A stretch of DNA of 64,000 nucleotides from Mobula hypostoma. Taxonomy: Eukaryota. This document shows, in pieces, positions 1-11,646 of the stretch. The stretch covers positions 14,446,001-14,510,000 of the forward strand of contig NC_086108.1 in assembly GCF_963921235.1 (NCBI RefSeq), in the 5' to 3' direction. The position numbers were made by a program, and so were the translations under genes. Within the stretch, counting starts at the first letter, position 1. Each line of letters begins with the position of its first letter. The notes below the pieces were generated by a model. That model was not told the origin of the DNA and searched no databases. It saw only the letters and a program-made list of their open reading frames with translations.

Positions 1-529
1 TTGAATGTGAAAAGTAGAAGGAGGAGAGGGAAGATGCACATCGAATACCATTTCTCACCCAGGAGATGTGTGGGGGTGAGGTCTGGAATTCACCTCCAAA
101 GGGGTGTCGGGGCAGCAGCCATCATTATATTTAAACAGTTTTGTCGATGTACTTAATGAGCTGTTTTCTGTGGCATTACATATCCAGTGCTGAAAGGTGG
201 GGATCTCTTTATCTGGGGATAGTATTGCCAAAGATAATAGTATAGTACAGGAGTAGGCCCTTGGCCCACAATGTGTTCAACTAATTAAGTTAATCCCTTC
301 AGTCTGCACAAACTCTTTATCTCTGCATTATCTGCATATTCATCTTCCAATGGGAGAGCCTCTTCAACATTTTCATTGTCTCTGCCTCCATCTCCATCCC
401 TGGCAGCACGTTTCAGGCATCCACCATTCTCTGTATAAAAAGTTACCTTTAAAGTTACCCCTTATCTCAAGTATTAGACATTTTGATGGGGAAAAAGATA
501 CCAGCTGTCTATTCTACCTCTGCTGCTGA

Positions 530-772
530 AGGTGCATCGAGTAAATACTGACTTGAAGGTGGTGAATACTTAGCAATCAATTATTTTTGTATTTTATATT
601 TATAATTAATTTAGATCACTTTGTAGAGATTTGTTTTTCACTTTGACACAATAGAGTCTTTTTCTGTTGATCAGTGTCAAAAAAACCTAATTAAATCCAC
701 TGTGATTCAATGTTGTAAAACAATAAAACATGAAAACTTCTAAGGGGAGTGGAATACTTTTTATAGGCGCTG
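530..772. mobile_element. Tc1-like DNA transposon end fragment
   Basis: Ends ...gaatactttttataggcgctg followed by TA (773-774), resembling a Tc1 TIR; the other end was not found. Confidence 0.55.
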
Positions 773-1200
773 TATCTATTGCCTTGCCCTCATGAGCTTT
801 ATTGATCACTTCATTAAAGAACTTTATCAAATTCGTGAGACACAATCTATCATGCACAAAGCTATGCTGACTATCCTGAATCAACCTGTCTTTCCAACTG
901 CTTGTCTATCTTTTCCCTCAGAATCCTCTCCAATAACTTACCTACCACAGATGTTAGGCCTACTGGTCTGAAGTTTCCAGGTTTTTCTTTGCATGAACTA
1001 TCTCAAACACCGAAGCCTTCAAGTTGTCTCTATAGTAAAAAAAATAAGAGCAAAATATTCATAAAGTGGATATTCATAATGTGACATAGTCTTAAGGTTT
1101 AGCAGAAAAGAAATTGAAAGGTGCAGTATTTTTAAATGCTGACATTTAATGGTGATTGGGGGAGGTCCTTCTACATGAAACACTGAAAGCTAAATGAGGC

Positions 1201-1335
1201 AGACCTGATGAAAGGTCCGGACCTGAAACATCGACTATACGTTTTGCTCCATCGATGTTACCTGACCCACTGAATTTCTTCAGTGTGTTTGTGTGTTGCT
1301 CCAGTTTTCTAGCATCTGCAGTCTCTTGTGTTTCC
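1201..1335 (+). mobile_element. Old Penelope-derived tail fragment with degenerate hammerhead core
   Basis: agac-CTGATGA-a-aggt-ccgg-acct-GAAAcatc-gact followed by the 'cctgacccactgaatttcttcag...ttctagcatctgcagt' tail typical of the other PLE ends in this window. Confidence 0.65.
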
Positions 1336-1738
1336 TTGCAGGTTCAGTGAGCAGTTAGGAAGGCACACAATATAGTCATGTTCCAATTATATAGCGCCCT
1401 GGTGAGACTCCACCTGGAATATTATGTATGGGTCTGCAGTCCCTACACTTGGAATAGAAAGAGGTTCTTCATGGGAAGGTGTATGAGGAGACATTAAGCA
1501 GACTGGGTTTGGTCTTCAAGTTTTGACGAACAAAAAGAGATCTCATTGAAGCATACAAAATGCTCATCATGGGGCTTGCTTGATAAGATAGGTTGATATT
1601 TTCCATGGGAAAGGTGTCTGGATCCAAGGATCACATGCCTGACATGAGAAGAAACCAGAGGATTGTGAAGAGACTGAACATTTTGGGTTAGTTTCACACA
1701 ATGGTTAACGAAACTGTCTGCCATAATATGTACAGTAT

Positions 1739-1989
1739 ATTAGATTTGATTATGAGGACACGCAGTCCTCCTTTATTGTCATTTAGAAATGCATGCATTA
1801 AGAAATGATACAATGTTCCTCCAGAAAGATATTACAGAAATGCAAGACAAACCAAGACTGAAAAACTGACAAAAACCACATAATTATAACATATAGTTAC
1901 AACAGTGCAAAGCAATACCGTAATTTGATAAAGAGCAGACCATGGGCACGGTAAAAAAAAAGAGTCTCAAAGTCTCTCGAAAGTCCCAT
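1739..1989 (-). mobile_element. 5'-truncated copy of the non-autonomous retroposon also present at 29514-30158
   Basis: Near-identical to 29535-29768 (gattatgagXacacgcagtcctc...gtctctcXaaagtcccat), including poly(A) signal and (atctaa)n-like tail on the - strand. Confidence 0.75.
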
Positions 1990-2880
1990 GTCTGATGGCA
2001 ATTGTATTATATCTATTAGTTCTTGTACGAGTTAGCCATTCTTGATTAGGGTTTCTTTAGCTGTAGAAATCCTCTTTGCCTGCCTTCTTAAATCTCCAAA
2101 GTTATAAGCAACTCCAAAAGCGTATCAAGAATCTGAGTGGATGTTAGCTGACTTTCCTTCTCCTACCTTGAGGCTTCATTCAGGGCTTTCAGTTCTGCCT
2201 GTTGTGCTGAGCTCGTTGATGCCAATCCTTCAGTTTCAGAAGCAAAAGCCCACTCAGCTATCTTAACTCCTCCGTCAGCGTTGAGGAGCCATCAGTGTAC
2301 AGAATCAGGTCCAGTTTCAGTAGAAGCAGCTCTTTGTAATGCTTTGTATCATAGCATCTTTGCACAGTCATGGTTATCAAAGTCCTACATGTCCAAATGC
2401 AACCGTGTAGCTGGAATCACCGGACTTGCTCACTAAATATTAGCTTCTTCAAGAAGAGTAGATCATTTGGACAATCAAACAGCTGTTACTTGACAGGATG
2501 GTGTGTGCTGAAGGAGGACTTTGGACGTTCAGAACTTGATCAAGTACAATACTGAAAACAGGCAGGTTGTTTGTACTCTCGCAAACACTAATCACATCTT
2601 GGTCCTATGTTATCCAATGTGGCAGAATTGTCTCCATGTTCTTGAGTCAAATGCTGCCATGTTGCCATGGTTTTGTTGATATATGGGGTTAAACACTTTA
2701 CCCATGTTAAGGATTTCAATACAGATGCTTTATATAATGTTGTCTTTAGAGTTTGAAATGCTTCCAATTGCCTTCATTAAGAGTCACAGGGTCATCTGAG
2801 TACTTGCTGCTTTTCAAGAGACTAAGCGTTTGTGCAATTTTAGCATATGAATCATCCTATGCTCTGGTTATTTCTAGGTT
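1990..2880 (-). pseudogene. Decayed class I (gamma/epsilon-like) endogenous retrovirus pol fragment: RT thumb/connection + RNase H
   Basis: Manual - strand translation gives, in order and across frameshifts/stops: SYAKIAQTL, EAFQTLK, LTQEHGD, SATLD, HDC, DLILYTDGSS, SAQQAELKALNEA, GKSANIHSDS*YAFGVAYNFG, RGFL, IKNG*LVQELI...LP. Confidence 0.8.
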
Positions 2881-3384
2881 TGTGTAACTACAACCATCAG
2901 GAGAGGCTGGCCCCCCAACTCAGTACAGATTCCAGCACACCAGTTATACCTCTGTTCTCTCTCTCTCACCATCAATGACATCTCTTCCCCTGGGCACCTG
3001 TAATAATAGGTGTTGGTTTTCAGGAAATGCCTGATGCATGGATCAATGTCCCTGTTGGGATTACAACAATTCCCTTTGCTGCTCTTTCAATAAGTCATGC
3101 TCACAGTATTGAATACAATTTAGCGGCAGGTAGCACCCACTTCAGCAGGTTTGCCTGTCTCCATCCCTGGTTCAGTCTGTCTGCTGTCATGATCATAATC
3201 AAGTGCTCTGCTGCTTATTTCATTCATCATGACGTGTGGTTTTTACTCATTATCCTAGAAAATAAATTCATGATAAGCAAGGGTTGAAATGTTAGAGGGG
3301 TGTAGACAAGGATGCTGAGTGCATTTGTAATCAGATCAGCCATGATCTTTCAAGGGGACAAGGGGCCTGTTACTCTCCTGGAGA

Positions 3385-3585
3385 CATGAGACTGGATGCT
3401 GGAATCTAGAGCAACTCTGAAGGAGCTCATTGGGTCAAGCAACATTGTTGGGGGTAAGGAATTGTCGCTGTTTTGGTGTTTCTTACTGGATGCAAGGTTT
3501 CAAACCCAAAATATAGACAGTCCTTCTGCTCTCACAAATGCTGCTTGACCCACTGAGCTCCTCCAATGGATTGTTTGGCACTCCT
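3385..3585. repeat. Fold-back element made of two inverted Penelope-derived tails
   Basis: gaaggagctcattgggtcaagcaacatt (about 3419-3447) pairs imperfectly with aatgctgcttgacccactgagctcctcc (about 3537-3564); decayed hammerhead remnant between them. Confidence 0.6.
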
Positions 3586-3592
3586 AACCTAA

Positions 3593-3660
3593 TTTGTTGG
3601 TATACTGATCTACTTTGTTGATATACTGATCGATCTTGTCGGTACACCGATCGACTTTGA
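3593..3660. repeat. 21-bp tandem repeat, about 3 copies
   Basis: ttgttggtatactgatctact / ttgttgatatactgatcgatc / ttgtcggtacaccgatcgact. Confidence 0.75.
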
Positions 3661-3964
3661 CTTCTGGACCTCAGCAAGTAAATCTTAAGCATAATATGCC
3701 AAAGCTGTGCTCTGCTTTGGCATATTAATTTTATTGGGAGGAGCAATTAGGAGAGGATGTGTATGTGTGGCCAGCGACAGACTCGAATGGATAATAGTGT
3801 TGTGAGGAAGATTAAAGGGTTTGGAGTTCCTTCCAAAGATCAGGGGTCCGTGCAATACCAGCCTGACACTTGGGCTTCACCAATCCATTCTATGAGACAA
3901 GAGCAATAGATGTCATGTGACTGTGATGTCCAGATGTAAAGGGATTCCTTCTTGTGTTTTGCAG

Positions 3965-4068
3965 ACGGATGATGCCTTAGGAGCAATGTGGAATTGGCTG
4001 TACTTCATTCCGCTCATCATCATCGGCTCCTTCTTTGTGTTGAACCTTGTTCTGGGAGTGTTGTCTGG
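3965..4068 (+). CDS. CACNA1E: Voltage-gated Ca2+ channel Cav2.3 alpha1 coding exon (end of domain I P-loop + IS6); about exon 7 by analogy to mammalian Cav2 genes
   Basis: ttttgcag|ACGGAT...TCTGG|gtaagt; 104 bp, translates [34 protein letters not shown](G), the Cav2 IS6; DALGA/FFVLN match Cav2.3 as I recall it. Not shown in this frame in the ORF track. Confidence 0.93.
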
Positions 4069-4529
4069 GTAAGTGCATCAAGTTCAAATGTTCCTTCAAA
4101 AGGAGGAAGATGTTATCAACCCAAACGAAGAGGTATTGTCCAACTGACATCACAATTAGAGATCAAGGACTGCAAAAAGATATTGATCAGCTGGTAAATT
4201 GGGTGGAGCAATGGCAGAGGGATTTTAACCCAATGTGTGATGAGCTGTGTTCCAGAGATGTAATATGAACAGGATATACACCATAAATGTAGAACTCTTG
4301 GGAATTATTGAAGAACAGAAAGACCATAGAGTATATATATCCACAGTTCACTAAAGAGAGCAGCACAGACCGATAGGATGGTAAGGTCGACTTATGGGAT
4401 GCTGGCCCTCATTAGTTGTGGCTTAGAATAGAGGAGCCTGAAGATCACTGAGTACAGCTTTATAAAGATCTAGCTGGAGTGTTCAGTGATTTTTATGGTC
4501 AAGATAATTTGGGAATTTATGATGTGATT

Positions 4530-7500
4530 GCACATACAATGGGAGTTCACGGAGTTGGGTACTAAGTTAACGGGCAGGACTTTCAGGGTTGTGATCTCAA
4601 GATTGCTACCCATGCCACGTACCAGTGAGGCCAGAAAAAGGAAGATTATACTGTTTAATACATGGCTAACGAGTTGGTGTAGGAGGGAGGGCATAAGACT
4701 TTTGGATCATTGAGCTCTCTTCCAGGGAAGTTGGAACCGGTACAGAAAAGGTGGTTTGCACCTGTACTGGGAGGGACTAACACCGTAATGGGAAGGTTTG
4801 CTAGTGCTGCGTGGTGAGGTTTATACAAGAGTCGCGGGGGGTGGGGGGAGGGGGGGAAGCAGAGTGCCAGAGCAGTTAGCGAAGAAGTTATGGAGACAGA
4901 TGTTAGGACCTCAGACAAAGTCAGGAACCAAAAAGTTGAGGACGGTGCGACTAGTGTTCTGAGCTGCATATATTTCAATGCAAGAAGCATCGTAGGAAAG
5001 GTAGGTGAGCTCAGAGCATGGAGTTATGATATTGTTGCCATCAGTGAGACTTGGTTGCCGGAGGGGAGGGACTGGTAGCTTAATATTTCAGCGTTCCATT
5101 GTTTTAGACATGACAGACCAGAAGGGGTGGTGTTACCAGTCAGGGAAAATGTCACGGCAATGCTCAACTGACTGGAGAATTCGTCTAGTGAAGCATCATA
5201 TGGGTGTTACTGAGAAATAAGAAAGGTATGGCTGTATTAAGGGGGTTATATTACAGACCACCCAATAGTCCAAGGGATTTAGAGGAAAAAAATTTGTAGA
5301 GGAATTGCAGAATATTGCAAGAAATATAAGGTTGTTATAGTAGGTGATTTTAAGCTTCCACGTACTGACTGGGAATCCCATACCGTAAAAGGACTAGCTA
5401 GGATAGAGTATGTCAAATATGTTCAAGAAAGTTTCCTTAATCAGGACATAGAAATCCCAACAAGAGAGCGTGTGATACTTGATCTGCTATTAGGAAATGA
5501 TACAGGGCATGTTACAGAAGATTATGTAGGGAACGCTTGGCATCTAGTGATCACAATGCATTAGTTACAAAGTAAATATGCAAAAAGATAGGTCTGGTCC
5601 ACGAATTGAGGTTCTAAATTGAAGAAAGGCCAATTTTCATGGTATCAGAAAGGTTCTAGCAAGTGTGGATTGGGACAGGCTGTTTTCTGGTAGAAGTGTA
5701 CTTGGTAAGCATGAGGCCTTCAAAAGTGAAGTCTTGAGAGTATAAAGCTGTTAGATTAAAAGGTAAAGATAATGGGTGAAGGGAATCTTGATTTTCAAGA
5801 GATATTGAGGCCTTGGTTTAAAAACGAGGTGCACAGCAGCTACAGGCAGGTAGGAACAAATGAGGTGCTTATGGAGTGTAAGAAATGCAGGGCAACACTT
5901 GAGATAGAAATCAGGAGGGCTAAGAGAAGACATGAGATTACCTTAGCACAGAAGATGAAGGGGAATCCAAAGGGATTCTACAAATATGTTAAAAGGAAAA
6001 AGATTGCAAGGGACAAAATTGGTCCTCCGGAAGATTGGAATGGTAATCCATGTGTGGAGCCAAAAGAGGTGGCAGAGATCTTAAGTGATTTTTTTGCCTC
6101 TTCGGAGAGGGTTGCAGAGTCTATAGAAGTAAGGCAAAGCGACATCAACGTCATGGAGCCTATACAGGTTACAGAAGAGGTGTTTGCTGCCCTGAGGCAA
6201 ATCAGGGTGGATAAGTCCCCAGGGCCTGACAAGGTGTTCAGTCAGACCCTATGGGAGACAAGTGCAGAAATTACTGGGGCCCCAGCAGAGATATTTAAAT
6301 CATCCTTAGCGACAGGTAGGGTACCAGAGGATTGGAGGATAGCTGATGTTGTTCTCCTGTTCAAGAAAGGCTCTAAAAATAAACCAGGAAATTTAGGCCA
6401 GTGAGCCTGAAATCAGGACTGGAAAAGTTATTGGAAGGTATTCCAAGGGACCGGATATGTAAGTATTTGGAGAGACATGGACTGATTAATGATGGCCAGC
6501 ATGGCTTTGTGCATGGTAGATCATGTTACACCAATCAATAGAGTTTTTCAAGGAAGTTACCAGGATAGTTGATGAAGGCCAGGCAGTGGATGTTGTCTAC
6601 GTGGATTTTAATAAAGTCTTGGCAATGTCCCGCAGGGGAGGCTGGTCAAGAGGGTTCAGTCAGCCGACATTCAAGATGAGGTAGTAAATTGGTTAGACAT
6701 TGCCTTTGTGGGAGAAGCCAGCGTGTGGTAGTAGACGGTTACCACTCTGACTGGAGGCCTGTGACGAGTGGAGTTCTGCAGGGATCGGTGCTGGATCCAT
6801 TGTTGTCATCATCTGTATCAACAATCTGGATGATAATGTGGTTAACTGGATCAGCAAATTTGTGGATGACATCAAGCTTAGGGGTGTAGTGGACAGCGAG
6901 GAAGGCTATCATGGCTTGCAGCAGGATCTGGACCAGCTAGAAAAATGGGCTGAAAATTTAATGCAGACAAGTAAGAGGGTTGCATCTCGGTAGGACCAAC
7001 CAGGGTAGGTCTTATTCAGTGAATGGCGGGGCACTGGGAAGTGTGGTAGAGCAAAGGGTTCTGGGAATACAGGTCCATAATTTGTTGATAGTGGCATCAC
7101 AGGTAGACAGTTATAACAAAAGCATCTGGCACATTGATAAATCAAAGTATTGAGTACAGGAGATGGGATGTTGTGTAGAAGTTGTACAAGACATTTTGTG
7201 ATGCCTGATTTGGAGTATTGTGTGCAGTTTTGGTCACCTACCTACAGGTATGATTGAAAGAGTACAGAGAAAATTTACAAAGATGTTGCCGGGTCTGGAG
7301 GACCCAAGTTATAAGGAAAGATAAAATAGGTTAGAACTTTATTCCTTGGAACATAGAAGGTTGAGAGGAGATTTGATAGAAATATACCAAATTTTAAGGG
7401 ATATAAATAGAATAAATGCTAGCAGGCTTTTTCCACCAAGGTTGGGTGGGACTACAACCAGAAGCCATGGGTTAAGGGTGAAAGGTGAACCGTTTAAGGG

Positions 7501-7750
7501 GAATATGAGGGGAAAATTCTTCACTCAGAGGGTCGTGAGAGTAAGGAATGAGCTGCCAGTAGAAGTGACGGATACGAGCTTGATTTTAACATTTAAGAGA
7601 AGTTTGATTAAGTACATGGATGGTAGGGGTATGGAGGCTATGGCCCTGTGTAGTGCAGGTCAATGAGAGTAGGCAGTTTAAATGTTTCAGCATTGACTAG
7701 ATGGGCCAAAAGGCCTATTTCTCTGCTGTACTTTTCTGTGATTCTATGAT
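4530..7750 (+). mobile_element. Degenerate CR1 LINE (end of ORF1 esterase, APE endonuclease, RT, 3' tail)
   Basis: Fragments FNARSI..ETW (EN), KSPGPD/VPEDWR, SGVLQGSVLDPLL, RRLRGDLIE, FFTQRVVR; tail ttctgtgattctatgat; many stops and frameshifts. Confidence 0.9.
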
Positions 7751-9157
7751 GGGTGTAGAGGAGATTCACTTGGATGTTCCATGAGATGGAACGTTACAGT
7801 TACAACGCGAGACTGGACAGTTGTGGTCTGTTTTCCTTGGGGTGCAGAAGGTTGTGGAGTCTCATAAGGGTTTAGAAAGTAGTAAGGGACATACGTAAGG
7901 TGGAAAATAAGGAACTTTTTTCATAATGGAAATGATTGAAACCAGAAGGCATAGATTCAAGGTGTAAGCTTTGGAGAGTATTTGTAGAAAAGTATTTTCA
8001 CCCAGATGGTGACGCCATCTGGATAACACTGCCTGAGAAGATGATTGAAGCAGAAGCTCTCATAACATTTAAAATTATCAGGACAAACACTTAAATCACT
8101 AAGGCATTGAAGACTATAGACCAAGTGCTGGTGAATGAGATTGGTAAAGATAAGTCCTTGATGGCAGCAAGCATATGATGGGCCAAAGGGTCTGTTTCTG
8201 TGCTAATAGATTGAACTTAGAAGCACTTTGAAATCAAAATGGCTTTTCTACTTGATAAAACAAGAAAGGACTCAGTTGATTCTTAACAAGAATGTTGTTG
8301 AACATGAGCAGGTTTCATTGTTTAGAAAATGTGGTTAGTTTTCAAACTGAACAGTGTGATTCCTGTGAAGAAGTCATGGAAAAAGTTGGAAAATTCATCA
8401 CTTAAAAATTACCTCAATTTTGTCTTGCTATAAGCGATGTTACTTTAAGAGTTTAGATGTGGACCGCTCTATTCCACAACAAGTTTCCAGCACTTGGGTG
8501 AGACAAACATTGATCCATTTTTTGTTACACATGTACAGTCCCAGGTATCTGCTGGCATAGTATCATGACCCGTGGAAGTTCTTCAAAGCAGAAATCAAAG
8601 AGAGTGGATGGTAAACAGTGAGGTTCTTCATGAGTTGCCACTGGGATCATTGCTTTTATGATGCATTGTTAATGAAAGAACCATGGTTCTAATGTGGACA
8701 AATAGGACTAATGTAGATAGGTAAAAGGGTTAGCATGGTCATGGTGTGCTCTCTTGCCTGCTCCTGTACTGCACAACTTTCAGACTCCATAATTCAGGTG
8801 TTTTTGGTAAGATTTTCAAATTTGTAGAAAACACAAAGATGAAGGTGTGGTTAACTCTAAGGACAATAATGATAGTTGAAGACACAATGAGGCTGGCCAA
8901 GTGGACAGAGAAGTGGCAGGTGAAATTTAATACAGAAAAATGTGGTCAATTACATTGGTATAAAAATAGGGAGAGGCGTGAAAGACAAAATGACATAGTT
9001 ATGATTCTGGAGCAACAGGGAGACCAAGGTGAACATGTACACACTGTAAATCCTTGCAAGAGGCAGGACATATTGAGATCTCATTGTACTGTAACCAAAC
9101 AGGCTCTCTGTCCCACCACTGGCTGTACCAATTCCATTTTTCCAGCAGTCAGCACAA

Positions 9158-10086
9158 TGCCACCACTAAGCACATCTTTCCCTCCCCCTGCTCTCTGCAT
9201 TCCGCAGGGATCGCTCCCTACACAACTCCCTTGTCCATTCGTCCCCCCCATCCCTCCCCACTGATCTCCCTCCTGGCACTTATCCATGTAAGCGGAACAA
9301 GTGCTACACATGCCCTTACACTTCCTCCCTTACCACCATTCAGGGCCCCAAACAGTCCTTCCAGGTGAGGCATCACTTCACCTGTGAGTCGACTGGGGTG
9401 ATATACTGCGTCCGGTGCTCCCGATGTGGCCTTTTATATATTGGTGAGACCCGACGCAGACTGGGAGACCGCTTTGCTGAACATCTACGCTCTGTCCGCC
9501 AGAGAAAGCAGGATCTCCCAGTGGCCACACATTTTAATTCCACATCCCATTCCCATTCTGACATGTCTATCCATGGTCTCCTCTACTGTAAAGATGAAGC
9601 CACACTCAGGTTGGAGGAACAACACCTTATATTCCGTCTGGGTAGCCTCCAACCTGATGGCATGAACATTGACTTCTCTAACTTCCGCTAGGCCCCACCT
9701 CCCCCTCGTACCCCATCTGTTACTCATTTTTATGCACACATTCTTTCTCTCACTCTTCTTTTTCTCCCTCTGTCCCTCTGAATATACCTCTTGCCCATCC
9801 TCTGGGTCACCCCCCCCCTTGTCTTTCTTCCCAGACCTCCTGTCCCATGATCCTCTCGTATCCCCTTTTGCCTATCACCTGTCCAGCTCTCGGCTCTATC
9901 CCTCCCCCTCCTGTCTTCTCCTATCATTTTGCATCTCCCCTTCCCCCTCCAGCTTTCAAATCCCTTACTCACTCTTCCTTCAGTTAGTCCTGACGAAGGG
10001 TCTCGGCCTGAAACGTCGACTGCGCCTCTTCCTATAGTTGCTGCTTGGCCTGCTGCGTTCACCAGCAACTTTGATGTATGTTGCCT
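9158..10086 (+). mobile_element. 5'-truncated Penelope-like element (Neptune-like): Cys-rich linker, GIY-YIG endonuclease, pyrimidine-rich tail with hammerhead
   Basis: CKRNKCYTC linker; ORF 9365-9691 GVIYCVRCSRCGLLYIGETRRRLGDRFAEH...HF..H...EQHLI..LGSLQPDGMN; highly similar to 34880-35796. Confidence 0.9.
9986..10021 (+). ncRNA. Minimal type-I hammerhead ribozyme motif (PLE-type, palindromic stem III)
   Basis: AGTC-CTGACGA-AGG(gtctcgg)CCT-GAA-ACGT-C^GACT: stem I AGTC/GACT, core CUGACGA and GAAA, stem II AGG/CCT, loopless self-complementary ACGT stem III, GUC cleavage triplet. Confidence 0.8.
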
Positions 10087-10194
10087 GAGCATTTCAAGTG
10101 GTTATCTAAATCCTTTAATCCTTGAATGATTTGACAGTGTTTGCCTCAGGAAATGTGTTCCAGATTTCAATCAACCATTAAAATGATTTATTTT

Positions 10195-11490
10195 TAATTT
10201 TATTTAGCAATATAATGCGGAGTAGGCCCTTCCAGCCCTTTAAGCAGCGCCGCCACTGAAAATCCCAAAACCCTGAGGCTACGTCCACATTACGCCAGAT
10301 AATTTTGAAAACGAAGCTTTTTCTCTTTGTTTTGACCCTCTGTCCACACTAAAACGGCGTTTTCATCCCCCGAAAACGGAGATTTGCAGAAACAGTCTCC
10401 AGAGTGAATAAATCTGAAAACGCCTAATATCCATTGCAGTGTGTACGGGGTAACCGGAGCTTTTTAAAACTGCTGTCATGACGTGCCGGAACAGATGGCA
10501 GCAGCATGGCATTTTATTGTTTTCTTCTTCTTCTTATTATTATTATTATTATTATTATTACTACTACTTTATTGTCCCCAAACAATTGATACTAGAGCAT
10601 ACAGTCATCACAGCGATATTTGATTCTGTGCGTCGCAGAACCTAACAATTTCAGAACAGACGGCAACGAGACTGAAGCCAGAAGAGTTAGAAATGTACTC
10701 ACCAAATACTTTGACCCATAGCTTACTGAATAAATAAGTGTACTCACTTTGCCCTGTTTTCTGTCCTTGCTTGTATGAAGGTGGTTTACCTATTTATGCA
10801 AGTACTTCTTTGACAATAGATGTGTAGCAGCCTAGTGTAACATTGTATGGAAATACAAGATAACACTGATGCAGACATGTTTTATACATTTAACAAGGTG
10901 CTTTATTAATGCAACAGAGTTAGTCAGTTTTTCAATGTTCATCGTCAGCCGGGTCATACTGTCCGTGAACTCCCTATCAGTTGCCTCCATACGCGCCAGT
11001 ATTTGTTTTTTTTTAGTTTTAAGTCCTCCTGCGCGAGAGCCAAGAGCAATTCCTTTTAAATTTTTCTACCCTGTAACTGGACAAATGCGCACCAAGTATA
11101 CCATTTCCTCTTTGCTTGTTTTCTGTGTGTCCTGCGCGTGCCCAGTAGGAGGAGATCTGTGTTAGTGGGGACAGAGATATTTTGAAAAACGCTTAGTGTG
11201 TACGCCTGTCGTTTTTACTCAAAGCCGGCGTTTTCAAAATTATCCGGCGTAGTGTGGACATAGCCTGATTCAACCTAACCTAATTATGAATGATTTACGC
11301 TGACCAATTAACCTAACCGGTATGTCTTTGGACTGTGGGAGGAAACTGGAGTGTCTGAGAAAACCCATGCATTCCATTGGGAGGACACACACAGACTCCT
11401 TACAGGTGACGCTGAGATTGAACTCAGAACTTCGACGACCCGAGCTGTAATAGCATCGTACTAACCATTGCGCTACCATGGTGCCCATTT
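10195..11490 (-). mobile_element. tRNA-derived V-type SINE split by the Harbinger MITE
   Basis: - strand 5' head ggcaccatggtagcgcaatggttag...gagttcaatc (A/B boxes) and core gtttcctcccacagtccaaagac at 11270-11490; 3' part at 10195-10273. Confidence 0.75.
10277..11265. mobile_element. Non-autonomous PIF/Harbinger-like element (MITE), about 990 bp
   Basis: About 37-bp TIRs ggctacgtccacattacgccagataattttgaaaacg / cgttttcaaaattatccggcgtagtgtggacatagcc; 3-bp TSD TGA (10274-10276, 11266-11268); inserted into a SINE; contains a (tta)n retro-tail fragment at about 10524-10635. Confidence 0.85.
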
Positions 11491-11646
11491 CTTCTATAGA
11501 TTCAGAATTTCTTCTGTAGATCTACAAATCCCTAATGTATAAACAATGAAAGGTTATAGACTGTGTAGGAGGGAATAGTTAGAATTAGGGTGATATGTTG
11601 GCACATCATCATAGGCTGAAGGGCCTGTGCTGTGTGCTATGTTATA

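Noticed and set aside
8746..9264. 172-aa ORF as a host gene
   Set aside because: Chance read-through from decayed CR1 sequence into a PLE fragment.
11400..11490. tRNA gene
   Set aside because: A/B boxes belong to a repeated SINE head; no cloverleaf.
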